The position numbers and the translations under genes were made by a program. DNA of 64,000 nt, from NCBI RefSeq assembly GCF_004010195.1, contig NC_057711.1, forward strand, positions 82,650,046-82,714,045, read 5' to 3'. Source of the DNA: Chiloscyllium plagiosum (Eukaryota). Below the pieces are notes generated by a model that was given only the letters and a program-made list of their open reading frames with translations, was not told where the DNA came from and did not search any database. Numbering within the stretch: the stretch's first letter is position 1; every line of letters begins with the position of its first letter. Shown piece after piece: positions 26,657-40,146 of this stretch.

Positions 26657-27795
26657 TAATTTGATTTGATTTTTACTGTCATATGTACCTAAGTACAGTG
26701 TTTGGTATAAGCAGATCATAAAATACACAGACCCTGGCGTGATTGAACAGAGCAAGGAATATAAAATTACAGCTGCAAAGGAGGTACACAAAAAACAAGA
26801 TCAACATTAGATTTGAAGTTTGAGAGGTCCAATCGGTAGTCTAATAACAGCGGGGAAGAAGCTGATCTGGAATCTGTTGGTTAATTGTGGTTAAGGTTTT
26901 GTACATTCTGCCTGACTGAAGAAGTTGGAAGCGATTATAACTGGGATGACAGGGGACTTTGATGATGTTGGTTGTCACTCCGAGGCATCGAGAAGTGTAG
27001 TTGGATTCAACATGCAGAAGGTTGGCATGCTTGATGGTCTGGCTGTGTTTGCAACTTTCTGTATTTTCTTAAAGTCCTGGGCAGAGCAATTGTCAATCCA
27101 AGCCGTGATGCATCCAGATTGCTCTTTATGGTACATCTGTAAAAGGTGGTGTGGGTCCTTATGGACATGCCAAATTTCCTTAGCTCACTGAGGAAGAAGA
27201 GGCGTTTTGTGCCTTCTTGAAAGTCTCATCAATGTTGGTGGTCCAGATCAGATTGTTGACGATTGTCACACTTAGCAACTTGATGTTCTCGACCATATCC
27301 ACCTCAGCTCTATTGATATGGATAAGGGCGTGTCCTGCTCCTTGCTTCCTGAAGCTGATGATCAGCTGTTCAGTTTTGCTGACATTGAGGAAGAGATTAT
27401 TATCTTTCCATGTCACCAAACAGTATCTCTTTCCTGTATTCTGTCTTGACATTGTTTGATACCTGGCCTACAATGGTGATGTCGTCAGCAAACTTGTACA
27501 TGGAGCTCGGACGAAATTTGGTCACGTAGTCATGAGTATACAAGGAGTATATTAAGGGGCTGAACATGCATCCTTGCAGGGAGCTGCTGTTGAAGATTGT
27601 CATGGAGAAGGTGCTGTTGCCTATCTTTACAGATTGCAGTCTGTGTGTCAGGAATTCGAGGATCCAGTTGCAGAGGGCAGAGCAGAGACCTATGTCTTGG
27701 AGTTTGGAGATTAGTTGGTGAGGGTTATAGTGTTGAAGGTGAAGCTGTAGTCAATAAGTAGAAGCCTTACATAGGAGTCCTTATTATCCAGATGT
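26657..27795 (-). mobile_element. Rex1/Babar-like LINE RT and 3' end
   Basis: QGCMFSPLIYSLYTHD...YKFADDITIVG; WKDNNLFLNVSKTEQLIISFRK; aaatc-type tail on the minus strand. Confidence 0.8.
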
Positions 27796-30139
27796 TAATT
27801 GTTGTTAATTGACTATCTGCCACATGTGGCTGGGCAGTCTTGCAGATTTCCATTTGGACTCCTGTAAATTGCTCAAGACAGAGGGAAATGGATCCAGCAT
27901 ATTGGCATGCCAAATTGATGATTCATACTTTCTTTCCAGCCCACATCAACATCCAACACAAATGGGACTTAAAGAATCTTGCCCATAACGCCATCAATGT
28001 GTTAAACACAGCTGGGAATTGCAGGCTTGGCTGTTCTGTAGTTGGCCATACCTTGAGGCACCTGTGAAAGTTAAATAATTGGAAAATCTCTTTTTTTCCT
28101 ACTTTTCTCTGCTGCTGATGTCTGACAAGTGATTTCAAGGATATTAGCAGTTTTCTGCTACGTCACCCAGGTTGACGTCTTTCTGCTGTAAAGTTAGACA
28201 ATAAGTTTTGTTGTTTTCTTGGGTGCAGGTTTTATATTTGAACCTGATTTGATCTTGACTTGATATACAAATCACATCTTGCATATGGAAGAATGCTCCT
28301 AGTGACTGTGGTTTCTGTTTTGTGGTACAATAAATCAGATGCAATCCTCCTTGCATGTGTTTAACAGTTTCAGTGGAGCATTCTATTACTCTGCAGCTGA
28401 GGCCTCAGCACATAACCTCTTAACAATTTATATTTGCACCATGTGCAGTTTCTTGAACGTTTCAACAATCCTCATTTGAGAAATGTGGTATATCTGCTAA
28501 TCTTGCATAGATTAAAGTTTCAAATATCTTGCATAAATGTCAAGACGTTAATGAACAATAACAAAAGCAGCTATATTCACTTCCCAACAAATAGGGTGAA
28601 TTGCCTTGCCTGTGTACTAATTCTCTGAAGAATCTACATGCTATTCCAACTGCAATTGCTTATTTATGCCCTTTTCCCTCATACCAAAAATGACCCTCAA
28701 TTTCTTTGCTGTGTCATTTTAGTGATGATAAATTTGAGTAATGTATGGTAAAGTCTGATGGCACCACTTTTTGTTTCTTAAGGCAGAATCTCTGTGCAGT
28801 CACTTGAGTGACTCAGAGCTGCCTCAGATTCATTCCTCTTGAAATATTGTTGCCTTGACCTATCATTACCCTTGAGGAGCTTGTGCTGAACAAGAATCTT
28901 TGTGAATTGTTGCAGTCAGTGCCTTCCTATTTTACTGAGAATCTTCCGATTTAAGAAAAGAAAGTAGGATATTTTTCAAAAGGGAGGATACAAAGGTAGT
29001 CTGAGATGTATAGGTGAGTCTTGCATAATTTAGAATTAAGGAACGCTTAGTGTGAAAGTGACTTGAATCTGGAATTAAGTAAAATTCAAACTGAAATCTT
29101 TGAATTATGCTAACATAATGACATACAGTTAAAGTTCAAACATTTGAAACTAAAATGAAAGTCAACTATGCACAAGGAGAATCATCACATCGCTGTCCGT
29201 TGGAAATTCCTCTTCAAATCAAAATTAGAAGCACATCTGTCTTACTTAGTAATTGATGGCATGCTAGAAAAATCATGTTCTTAGAAACTGCCCATTTGAA
29301 AGTTCTGCATTCCTAAAATATCTATGATGAATTGCTAAAGAAGGAGAAAATCATCGTGTTTTCTTTTCTCTTAATACAATAATATTTGTTTTAATTGGCT
29401 AATATGATTTGTTTCAGAGCACAAGGTTGATAGTTTAAAATATGAGAAATTAGTTTAGAGTAATTTATCTCAAACAAAAATTTATTTCCAATTAGAAAAA
29501 AAAGCTCTGTCATTTGATGTAAGTATTATAAGAGTCTATGAACGCGACTGGTTATTTCTGCCTATGGTAAGCTCAACAGCAGTGAGTTTAATGATGTCGA
29601 ATAAGGTAGTATGAATATCAGAAAACGTGAACTGCTGGCCGTGATGATGCTGATCAATCTTTCCTGGCCACCTTTAGACACATATGCATGCTTAGATTGC
29701 TGTTCACTAACATTTAAAATTGCCGACAAATTCCATCAGCATCAGTTTTTATTCAAAGACTTCCAAGAGTTAATACAGACCATGACCACAACCTTTACTG
29801 CAGAAACAGTGTCTTGTACATTTCTTTTGGAGAACTCTTCATTTGCAAGCTGATCAAAATATTTTAACGGACAAATTCATTGAAAAAGACTTGATTCATA
29901 ATTTCCTCATAAATCTCCTTCCCTGTCCTCCAATTTCTTTGCTGGATATTTTATCAACAGCTAAAACCACTCCACTCACAGAGGATATTTTAAACTCCCA
30001 AAGATGGCGTAGGTTGGACATTTAGATGACTGTAATTGGCTTATTTTCAGGTCTGACTTAAGATCAAACATGAACCTCAATCCTATTTCAATGGAGCTTT
30101 TATAGAAGACTGGAATTAGGATTCACAGATTAAAATGAA

Positions 30140-30875
30140 TCTGTGAGACAGAGATGAGAAGAATGTGTTTTCTTCAGAGGTTCATGAATCTATGGAATTC
30201 TCTTCCCCAGAGGGCTGCAGAGCCAGGTTCACTGAATATGTTTAAGACAAAGGTACTAACAGGGGAGTCAAAGGTTATTGGAGTGGGAAGAAAGTGGAGT
30301 TGAGACCAAAATCATACTGATCAGGATACGTTGAAGAAAATTGCCTTCATGATGAATGTGATGTAGAAATAAGTTAACACAAGTAAGGTATTATCAGGAA
30401 TAGTAATTCATTATAATCTATATTTGTGAGGTAATAATACCCTGCACAAGAAAGTTAGTAATATGCATGAGTACATTAGTTTAAAGATAATCTTTAAGCT
30501 GTCGTGAAAAAAAGGGGGGAAATGTGGCTAGTTTTTAAAAAGAGGAGGGAGTTTCTGACGTCCAGGGCAACATTAATCTGTCAACCTTTACTGCGGAAAC
30601 AGTGTTTGCTGGTTCTTCAAGTTCTTGCATTCCATGGAACCTTGCCATATGCAAATTAGCCAGCAATTTACAGCCTACAAAACCTAAGGATTTGATAACT
30701 GAACATTTAGAAAAAGTAGGCAGAGTCAGCATTGAATTGTGAAAGGGAAATTACGTTTGACAAAGTATTTGGAGTTTATCCATGGTGTTACTTGTAACAC
30801 AGACAAAGGAGAACCAGGAGGTGTGGTGCATTTGAATTTTCAGAAGGCTTTTGAAAAGGTCCCACATAGGTTAGG
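30140..30875 (+). mobile_element. Two old CR1 fragments (3' region about 30140-30310; RT about 30575-30875)
   Basis: atggaattctcttccccagagggct tail segment; agtcagcat...aaagggaaa...tttcagaaggcttttgaaaaggtcccacat (FQKAFEKVPH). Confidence 0.6.
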
Positions 30876-31395
30876 AAATAAACATGAATAATGACATATT
30901 TTAAGAAAGCATCTATTTCACTGAAATCTTTTCAGCAGTAACATTGATTAAGTTAGAGTCATTCGTTTGTCAAACATCAACTCTCTCAGAGCACTATAAA
31001 TGGTGTAAGGAGCACTATAGCAGGCAGAAGAGAATCAATGTGGCCTGTTGATCACAGTGACCCCTGCTGGAAGTGCATGAATACATGTAATAAAATGATA
31101 AACTCTGGCAATGCTTTAATGAATTTCTTTCTAAGATAATCAAGTGCTAAAGAATGTGGACATTCAGAGAGTGATTGCTACCTGCTGGTCTCTGATTTCA
31201 CAAAAAATAACACTTTGGGAAAAGGCATCACTGATGGCTTGGAGCTTGAACAAGTTTTGTGCAACAGACAAGACTGATTCAGTGCAATGTACATATCTAA
31301 TTTATTTCCATCTATCTGTAGGATACAAACTAATACTATGTAAGACTCGATTTCATGCAATATTGTCCATGCTTGATGAAGTGTTAGGTGTTGAT

Positions 31396-31522
31396 GGAGA
31401 AAGTGAGGTCTGCAGATGCTGGAGATCAAAGTTGAAACTTTATTGCTGGAACAGCACAGCAGGTCAGGCAGCATACAGGGAACAGGAGATTCGATGTTTC
31501 GGGCACAGGCCCTTCTTCAGGA
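31396..31522 (-). mobile_element. Solo PLE terminal module (family A variant) with hammerhead-like core
   Basis: Minus strand reads CTGAAGA-a-gggc-ctgt-gccc-GAAA-cATC. 10-bp TSD aggtgttgat at 31386-31395 and 31523-31532. Confidence 0.85.
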
Positions 31523-31559
31523 AGGTGTTGATACCAAACAGGTAGTGGGAAGGCTAGTG

Positions 31560-31702
31560 AACTCCCACCCTAATGGTATTGTGTGTCTATGTATAGCACA
31601 TGCAGTTCAAGAAAGCAGTTTACCACCCAAGGGTGACTAGGGATAGGCAATGAATGCTGGTCTGGTCAGTGATGCACACATCCCTGGGTGAACTAAAAAA
31701 AA
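31560..31702 (+). mobile_element. Old LINE 3' tail fragment
   Basis: gttcaagaaagcag...ggcaatgaatgctgg...cacatccc followed by an A-run. Same family as 3635-4490. Confidence 0.55.
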
Positions 31703-33196
31703 AGAGTTGTGTGTTGAATTATGCTGGAAGCTAGACTGAAATAACTGTAAGCAATATGCAATAATGTCTGATCCTGTGCTGTCGGGGACAGTGAAAGTTA
31801 GATCAGAATAAACCTAGGCATAATTAATTTAAGAAATGTATTCAGAAACAATAATCAAAATAGGGTAAATAAAGTAATCATCTATCTAGTAATGTTAATT
31901 AATTTTCTCAATTTTGCTATCCTATGTGATATTGGCTGCAAAATGTGAGAAAACAAAGCCCCAGCAAAAGTGTAATTGAAAACAAGTATTCAAACAAATG
32001 ACATCAACAGCACAACAGATACATCAGAATAGGCGCATTGCAACTGTCAAGGCCACACCAGACATGTCTTCAGAGTAGATTGGGAATTAAAAATTAGCAT
32101 TAGCCTGTTTGCAGTTCCCTTTTAGTTTTTGAGTGTTTCAATTTAACCAGCAGCAGCTTTAAGCTTAAACTGGATAAAGGTTTTTTTTGCAAAGTTACTT
32201 ATGTAGTTATTCAAATAAAAATAATACAGTTATTAGCTTAAAAATACAGATACAAGGATTGAGGTAGGCAAGAATAAAAAATACTTGGAAAGGTGAAAGT
32301 AAGATCAGTCTTTAAGATCGAGGGCAGGCCTATTTCTTGCTTGTAGATTCCTTTACTGATGTGAAAGTGTTAAAAATGTGAAGTGGGAATTCAACAACTG
32401 TGACTGTTTCTGTGATTGAATAGTTGGAACTTGCTCTCAAAGATCAACTGATCATAATAGGTCCTGGGAGTGAGTCAAAGCTCCTTTGTTTTGCTTTTAT
32501 GCACTGCAGGTATTCCTCTTGACAGCCTGGTTCAGTACAGCAGAACTGGTGTCCTTCCTCAGTCTCTCTGTTGAGAAGCAATGACTGCGTCAAGTCATTA
32601 CTCTCGTGGTCTCCACATAGAAGTAGTAGTTCACAGCCTGACTTTTACTCATATCAGAACTTAAAATGGCTGGGATCCCATAAATATCAAATCATGTTTT
32701 CATATTAGGTTTTGGGATGGGCTAGGTCTGAAGCAAACACCATTCATTTTGTCTTTTAGTTGATGTAATTTCCTCACCCATTAGCTTGCATATTCTTATC
32801 CTGTCCTGTTGTTAGTGAGAGAGGGAGAGATGTCCACACTTCCATGACAATCATTGTCAATGAGTTTCTGAATACCCTTCTAACTATCCATTGAGATTCA
32901 AAAGATCTTTTGTGATTGTTTTCTGAGGCAAATACAGTCTGCTCAGTATGAGCAAAATCTGGTGCAGACATGATGGGCCAGATGGCCTCCTTCTGTACTG
33001 TCACAACACTATGAATCTGCAAACTGACCTCTGGGAGCCAGTTTATATAACTCTGTGTGTGCTCCTTTTAAAGAAACAGATTTAGATATTTTAGTGCTGA
33101 GTAGGGCACTCTTCCTCTTATTGCACACAAAGATGAATAGAAGGATCTGCTAAAGGTTAAAATCAGAGGAATGGAGAGCTTGAGCAATCTTTAGTT

Positions 33197-34371
33197 AGTG
33201 AGTTTTGAGAAGATTTGTAGCTCAAGTTGAAATTCTGGATGTAGGTCTGCTCGCTGAGTTGGAAGATTCGTTTTCAGACTTTTCATCACCATGCTAGGTA
33301 ACATCATCAGTGAGCCTCCAGTGAAGCGCTGGTGTTATATCCCACTTTCTATTTATGTGTTTAGGTTTCCTTGGGTTGGTGATGTCATTTTCTGTGTTGG
33401 TGATGTCATTTTCTGTTCTTATTCTCATTGAGTGGTAGATGGGGTCTAAATAGATTGTTTGTTGATAGAGTTCTGGTTGGAATGCCATGCTTTAGGAATT
33501 CTCATGCATGTCGTTGTTTGGCATGTCCTAGGATGGATGTGTTGGCCCAGTCAAAGTGGTGTCCTTCCCCATCTGTATGTAAGATACTAGTGATAGTGGC
33601 TTTTTGTGGCTAGTTGATGTTCGTGTATCCTGGTGGCGAGTTTTCTGCCTGTTTGTTCAATGTAGTGTTTGTTACAGTTCTTGCAAGATATTTTGTAAAT
33701 GACGTTAGATTTGCTTGTTGTCTGTATAGGGTCTTTCAAGTTCATTAGCTGCTGTTTTAGTGTGTTGGTGGGCTTGTGGGCTACCATGATGCCAAGATGT
33801 CTGTGTAGTCTGGCAGTCATTTCCGAGATGTCATTGATGTCGGGGAGAGTGGTTGAGGTTTCTGGGCATGTTTTGTTTGCTCGTTTGGGTTTATTGCTGA
33901 GAAATCAGCGGACTGTGTTCATTGTGTACCTGTTCTTTTTGAATACGCTATATAGGTGATTTTCCTCTGCTCTTCATAGTTTCTCTGTGCTGCAGTGTGT
34001 GAAATAATGTTCTAATGCAGCTTCATTTGTGGCTGTTGGGATGATTGCTTCTGTAGTTCAGTATTTGGTCCTTATGTGTTGATTTCCTGTAGACGCTGGT
34101 TTGAAGTTCTCTATTGACTGCTCACTTTACTGTGACATGTAGGAATGGCAGTTTGTTATTGTTTTCCTCCTCTTTTGTGAGAAAAAGAACTGGAGATGAC
34201 ATCACCAACATAGGAAATGACACCACCGACCCAAGGAAACCTAAACACATAAATAGAAAGTGGGATATAACACCAGTGCTTCACTGGAGGCTCACTGATG
34301 ATGTTACCTAGAACAGTGACTAAATCTGAAAACAAACCTTCCAGCTCAGCAAGCAAACTTACATCCATAAT
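33197..34371 (-). mobile_element. Penelope-like element (family D): RT C-terminus and GIY-YIG endonuclease on minus, with inverted copy of the terminal repeat at about 34176-34371
   Basis: SNVIYKISCKNCNKHYIEQTGRKLATRIHEHQLA (GIY-YIG). Hammerhead-like tca-CTGATGA-t-gttacc..ggtgat-GAAA-aGTC-tga on minus at about 33273-33313, with a degenerate copy on + at about 34292-34329. Confidence 0.9.
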
Positions 34372-34749
34372 CCATAAAACAATGTTTGAATTGAATTAGC
34401 TTTATTGCTACATGTAGGTATTTTATAGAAGGTGGATGTCATGTGCAAAACTTAAATTCATTGTCCACCCTAATTCCTTTGAGCAGGCGATGAGTCCTTT
34501 CTTATACCACTGAATTAGTTTTATTGTCACGTGTACTCAAATGAGTACAGTGAAAAGTTTAGAATTCGCCACTTACAACACCACTGTATCTTTTTACATG
34601 GCATTTCTATTTAGTAGGAAGATCCAGAATTTTAACCAATGTAATTCAATTTCTCTTCACAGATGCTGCCAGACCTGCTGAGTGACAGAGCAGGCTCAAG
34701 AATCTGATTGACCTACTCCTGCTTGGAACTTGCATGTTCATATCTTCAT

Positions 34750-36010
34750 ATGAGAGAGCAGAAGGTCTTGGAGAGAGCAGATTGAGTATGAGAGAATGGA
34801 GAGAGAGAGAGAGAGTGGGAAGTGTCAGACAAGTGGAGACAATCAGAAAGTGTCAGGTCAGTTTGAGAGAATGGAGAGAGGCAGAGAAGGTGGAGAATAT
34901 CAGAAACTTGCAAACGAGTCAGACAGTGTCAAAGACAGTGGAGAGAGTCCAAGACGTAGGGGAGAGAGAGAGCGAGAGCGAGAGAGAGACTGAAAAAAAA
35001 AGGGGAGCAGAGAGATTCAGAGATACCAGAGAGACTCAAAAAGGGCAGTGAGAATTGGAGAGACTCAGAGAAGGCAGAGATAGTCAGAAAATATAAAGAG
35101 AGAGTCAGAGAGTGCAGAGACTCGAAGAGAGTGGAGAGAGAGGCAGGTGCGATCACAGAGGTTCAAAGAGAGAGTCAGGTAGAGTAGAGAGGGTGGTGAA
35201 GGTCAGAGAGTATGGAGAAAGTCAGTGCATGAGAAAAAAGCCAGACATGGGTAGAGAGTAGGTGTAAGTTCAGAGCAGTTTAGAGAGTAGGACGTGTCAG
35301 AGTGGAAAATGTCAGAGATTGGCAGAGACAATGGCCAGTGTTGGGTGGAGAGAGTTAGATGGTGAGGAGACAGTCAGATAGGTTAACGATTGTAAATGAA
35401 CATGCAGACTGTAAAACAGAGGGGAGGGAGTCTGGAGTGAGCCCAAGTATGGAGAGATTCAGAGAGAGTGGAGAAATTCAGACAGAAGGAACAGATTCAC
35501 TAAGAATGCAGAGAGCAAAGAGAGTAAGAAAAGGAGGACTGGAGAGACTCAGAGAAAGAAGGTTGTCAAGGAGGCTGCAGATAGTCAAAACAGTGGAGTG
35601 AATCAGACAGCACAGAGAAGCTCAGTGTAGAGAGGGACCTATGTGAAGTAAGAAAGGGAAGAGTGAGAGAATTATGGAGAGTGCGGAGAGTCTGAAGAGT
35701 AAAGAGTGTCAGAAAGATTATATAGTGTTGGGAGACTCAGAGACAGTAGAGGGATTCAAAGACAGAGGTGAGAGTCAGTCAGCAAGGACAGGCACAGAGA
35801 CAGAGAGGCTCACAGAAAGTCAGAGAAGTCAGAGGGTATGGACAGTCTCAAAGATAACAGATGGAGTTAGGAGTCAGTGGAGTGAAACAATGAGGGTGGG
35901 AAGTGAGGCAGTGAGTGTGAAAAGAGGGTTAGCAACAATAGAAGGAGTTAAAGAGAGTGGGGAAGGTTAATGAGAATGAAAAGAGTCAAGGGTGTCAGAG
36001 ATAGAGAGAC
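34750..36010. repeat. Purine-rich (GA-rich) low-complexity or degenerate tandem region
   Basis: Strong A/G bias on + with recurring gtcagagag, ctcagaga and ggagagag words. Confidence 0.8.
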
Positions 36011-36270
36011 AGTCATCGTTGGATAGTGCATTGAATTTGGAAAACAATTTCAAAACAAAATGTCAGAAGGATGGCATTTGGCACATATTGTGGCTATCAA
36101 ATCCTGAGGAAGTACTTGAAGCTAGTGCTCCGCCACAGCAATCATTATACTACTGTGCCTCAAATCTTCTTGCTGGCTAATGGATAAAGTATTAGTTGTT
36201 AGTTTGTTTTATTAAATTGTTTATTTTTCATTGGTCGCACTCATTTGGTGATAGTTTTGATTATTTTTTA

Positions 36271-36790
36271 CATAGACTCATAGAGATGTACAGCACGGAA
36301 ACAGATCCTTTGGTCTAACTCGTCCATGCCAACCAAATATCCCAACCTAATCTTGCCCCATTTGCCAGCAGTTGGCCCATATCCGTCTAAACCCTTCCTA
36401 TTCATATAATCCATTCAGATGCCTTTTAAATGCTGCAATTGAACCAACCTCCACTACTTCCTCTGGCAGCTCATTCCATATACGCATAATCCTCTGCGTG
36501 AAAAAGTTGACCCTTATGCCTCTTTTATATATTTCCCCTCTCACCCTAAACCTATGCACTCTAGTTCTGGGCTCCCCCAACCCAGGAAAAATACCTTGTC
36601 TATTTACTCTATCCACACCCCTCATGATTTTATAAACCTCTATAAGATCAACCCCTCAGCCTCCAACGCTCCAGGGAAAACAGCCCCAGCCTGTTCAACT
36701 CTCCCTTCAGCTCAAATCCTCCAACCCTGGCAACATCCTTGCAAATCTTTTCTGAACCCTTTCAAGTTCCACAACATCCTTCCGATAGGA
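36271..36790 (-). mobile_element. CR1/HER1 3' end
   Basis: Reverse complement of the 3' end at about 8350-8853; begins with the catagactcatagag tail. Confidence 0.9.
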
Positions 36791-36968
36791 TTTGTCAGAT
36801 ATAATTTCCAATGTCCTTAGTTAACATATGATGATGTTGATATTTTAGATTTACAGAGGTCATTTTCTTGGGAGTATATTAGGTGTCTCAGACATTTGCT
36901 TCTTAGATTATTAGAGTTCGGTGTTAAACCATAGCAGTCAGCTGAGTCACCATTGCATCATGTACGTG

Positions 36969-37382
36969 GAGTCATAGAGTCGTTGAGTAATAGAGATGTA
37001 CAACACGGAAACAGACCCTTCCATGCTGACTAGATATCCTAAACTAATTGTCCCATTTTCCAGCATTTGGCCCATATCCCTTTAAACCCTTCCTATTCAT
37101 GTACCCATCAGGATGCCTTATAAATGTTATAACTGTACTGGCCTCCACCATTACCTCTGGTAACTCATTCCATACATGGACTACCCTCTGCATGAAAATG
37201 TTGCCCCTTTGGTCCCTTTCAAATCTTTCCCCTCTCACATTAAACCTATACCCCCTAGTTTTGGACTCCCCCTGGGGAAAAAATCTTGCCTATTTACCCA
37301 ATCCATACCCCTCATGATTTTATAAACTTCTAGGTGATCACCCCTTAGCCTCTGATGCTCTGATGCCCCAGCTTATTCAGCC
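36969..37382 (-). mobile_element. CR1/HER1 3' end
   Basis: RGERFERDQRGNIFMQRVVHVWNELPE on minus, with a gagtcatagag tail. Confidence 0.88.
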
Positions 37383-38129
37383 GATGTGAGAACTCCAGGA
37401 AACTTCATGCATCCAAGAGAACCATGTATGAAGAAAGTACTACTGGTTTATTGAAGTTTAGGAGGTGGAAAATGGTTGGAATCACTACAGTTAAGTTAGA
37501 AATCTGAGAACCTCCTCTTAACATTTTCTAGAAGTCACCACCCTACAGCTAAGAGGCTGTAGGAAGTGAGTAAATGGGTGACCACCAAAAAGGATTGAAC
37601 GCAGAGTTGAATTGCCCCTTTCCTAATCAGTCACATTCATTTTTCAGTTATGAATACCTTTGGAAGTATGCAATTACACGCAGCAACACAGGAGATTTGA
37701 CTGCACACAATGATGAAAGAAGGACTAGAAATGCAAAGGTCATGGTGGATTTTCTAGGGGAATAGGCAGGAGTTTCTCCAAAAGCAAATGCAATTCTTGA
37801 ATATATATTGCATTCCTGCTGCCAAAAAACCACCTATAAGCAGTTTAGTGAGTAAGTTCTCCCTAATACACCAGTCAATGACACCTTCCATCACCTTCTT
37901 GATGGTTTGGAGTAGACTGACGAGGCAGTAATTGGCTGGATTGGATTAGTTCTGCTGCCAGTGGCCAAACTGTAATTGGGTAATATTTTTACTTTTGACA
38001 GTAAATCCCAGTGTTATAGATATACTTGATTAGATGGCACCTGAGGGAATATCCTGGAAGGACAAGTGAACAACCAGAAGTCATGGTTCTTATTGAAAAC
38101 AATAACATAGGAAGGAAATGTGTTGAGGT

Positions 38130-38420
38130 CCTTCAGATAGATTGCTGAGCTCAGTAAAATAGTAAAAAAAGGAGATTAAGGGTGTTAGTCTCAGGATTAC
38201 TCTCAGGAGTGGAACAAATTAGTATATGAACAGGAAAATAGTGCAGATGTGAAGGCAAAGTACTGTGGATGCTATAAATTTGAAGCAAAAAAATGCTGGA
38301 GAAACTCATCAGGTCTGGCAGCATCTGTGGAGAGAGAAACAAATAGTGCAGATGAATGTTTGGCTGGAGAAGTGGTGCAGCAGGGTGAGGTTTCAGCTCA
38401 TAGTGGCATTGGGGCAGGTT
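38130..38420 (+). mobile_element. CR1 ORF1 esterase fragment containing a solo PLE terminal module (family B, 38250-38340)
   Basis: RVLVSGLL...IVQMNVWLEKWC. The insert tgtggatgct...tgctggagaaactcatcaggtctggcagcatctg is flanked by a 14-bp TSD aaatagtgcagatg (38236-38249, 38341-38354). Confidence 0.75.
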
Positions 38421-38439
38421 CTGGTGGACACCACTTTCA

Positions 38440-38905
38440 GCAACTGGTACATGAGGACACCCAGATATTGTTGAACATTCCCCTCTCCCACTTTACAGCC
38501 ATTCAAATAATAATCTGCCATCCTATTTTTGCTACTGAAGTAGATAACCTCAAATGTATCCACATCATACTGCATCTACCATGCATTTGCTCACTCACTC
38601 AGCCTATCCAAATTGCCCTGCAATGTCTCTGTATCCTCCTTCCAGCTCACCTTTCCATCCAGCTTTATGTCATCAGCAATTTTGAAATAATACATTTAAT
38701 TCCCTCATTTAAATAATTAACGTATACTGTATTGTGAGTTGCTAGTGTCCGAGAACCAATCCTTATGGTATCTCACTAGTCACTGCCTGCCATTTAGAGA
38801 AAGATCAGTTTATTCCTATCTTGGTTTCCTTTCTGCTAACCAGTTTCTAACCATCTCAATATACTAGGCCACATTCCATGTGCTTTAACTTTTACACATG
38901 AATCT
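38440..38905 (-). mobile_element. Old CR1 RT fragment
   Basis: Minus strand SKLLMT/KFADD-like region and MQYDVDTFEVIYF...YYLNG. Confidence 0.75.
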
Positions 38906-39029
38906 CAGATAGAGAATGACAAAGTTGAAGGTGTGTTGCAGTTTTGATTCAGAATGACATGACAGCTTGAAACGAAAGGATTTAATAGATGGTTCTTGGA
39001 ATGAGTTTAATTAACTTGAGTTCAGGAAT

Positions 39030-39452
39030 GATGTGAAGGTGCCATTTTGGACTAGCGTGGGCAAAGTCAAAAATCACACGACACTGGGTTATAGTCCAAC
39101 ATGTTTATTTGAAACCGCAAGCTTTCGGAGACTTTGCTCCTTCTTCAAACAGCTAGTGAGAGAGAATACATCGGACACAGAATTTATATTAAAACATCAA
39201 AGGGTCATATAACTGATGATCGTGGTCCTTTTGGGCTCTTTTCTGCTTTTTTGCATCTTTATGGAAACTTGATGTCTGTGGCAATATGTGCAATCTTCTT
39301 GGAGATCCTCTCCAATTTGAGCCAGCAGCTGGTGGTGTCGATGCTGGCCATGATGTGGAGGTATTGGTATTGGACTGGGATGGACAAAGTAAAAAATTGC
39401 ATGAAATCAGGCTATAATCCAACAGGTTTATTTGAAACCACAAAATTTTGGA
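39030..39452 (-). mobile_element. Two decayed PLE family C terminal modules (about 39030-39200 and 39350-39452)
   Basis: Similar to 11616-11732 (gttatagtccaaca..tttattt..aagctttcggag..gctccttc). Confidence 0.7.
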
Positions 39453-39750
39453 GTCATCCCTCAATGGAGGGGAGTTGTTACATTATTGGGATATTTTTGT
39501 ATAACTATGAACAGTGAGAACAAGGTCAATAAACAAACCTTTTGGAACACTTTGCACTTCAGACCTTTCTGCCTACCTCTGGTTCTGTGGCTCTGATCAC
39601 CACTGAAGTAAAGTGAGATCTACACTCTCGTGAGTGAACACCAATTGACTTAATTGAACATCATTATACACAGAGGACATCTGCAAAAAAGGACATCTTA
39701 CTTGGAGCCCAGAAGACTTGGTTGCAGTTTCAAGTGATCACTATGACACA

Positions 39751-39960
39751 GGGATTGGTTAGCTCAGTTGGCTGTTTTATGGTGCAGAGTGATGCCAGCA
39801 GCATGGGTTCAATTCCTGCACCAGCTAAGGTTAATAGGAAGAACTTTCCTTCTCAACCTTGCCCCTTGGCTGAAGTGTGGTATCCCTCAGGTTAAACCAC
39901 CATCAGTTGTCTCTCTCTCTCTCTCGTGAGAAAGTAGTCCGGTGGGACTATAGTACTTTA
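39751..39960 (+). mobile_element. tRNA-derived SINE (non-HE1 family)
   Basis: A box ttagctcagttgg and B box gggttcaattcc, followed by a non-tRNA body and (CT)n. Confidence 0.7.
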
Positions 39961-40146
39961 TGATACAGGTCTTGTCAATTGTCCTCAGTAACTATGCTGA
40001 GAGTAAAGATACTGTCTCATTGTACACTCCAGGGGGAAATTCAATTCATTCTGACTTGGAAAATTAGTTTTGGCATAATTTAACAAATGATATCTCATTC
40101 CTATGTGAGGGAAGAAGAACACATAAAATGATATGTTAAAATTATA

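Noticed and set aside
32485..32600. Acceptor-like ttttgcttttatgcactgcag|G as a coding exon start
   Set aside because: All three frames hit stops within about 75 nt and no clear donor or recognisable peptide follows.
39751..39825. tRNA gene (also the HE1 heads at 3761, 43488, 47001, 59704)
   Set aside because: A and B boxes are present, but there is no complete cloverleaf and the sequence continues into a SINE body.
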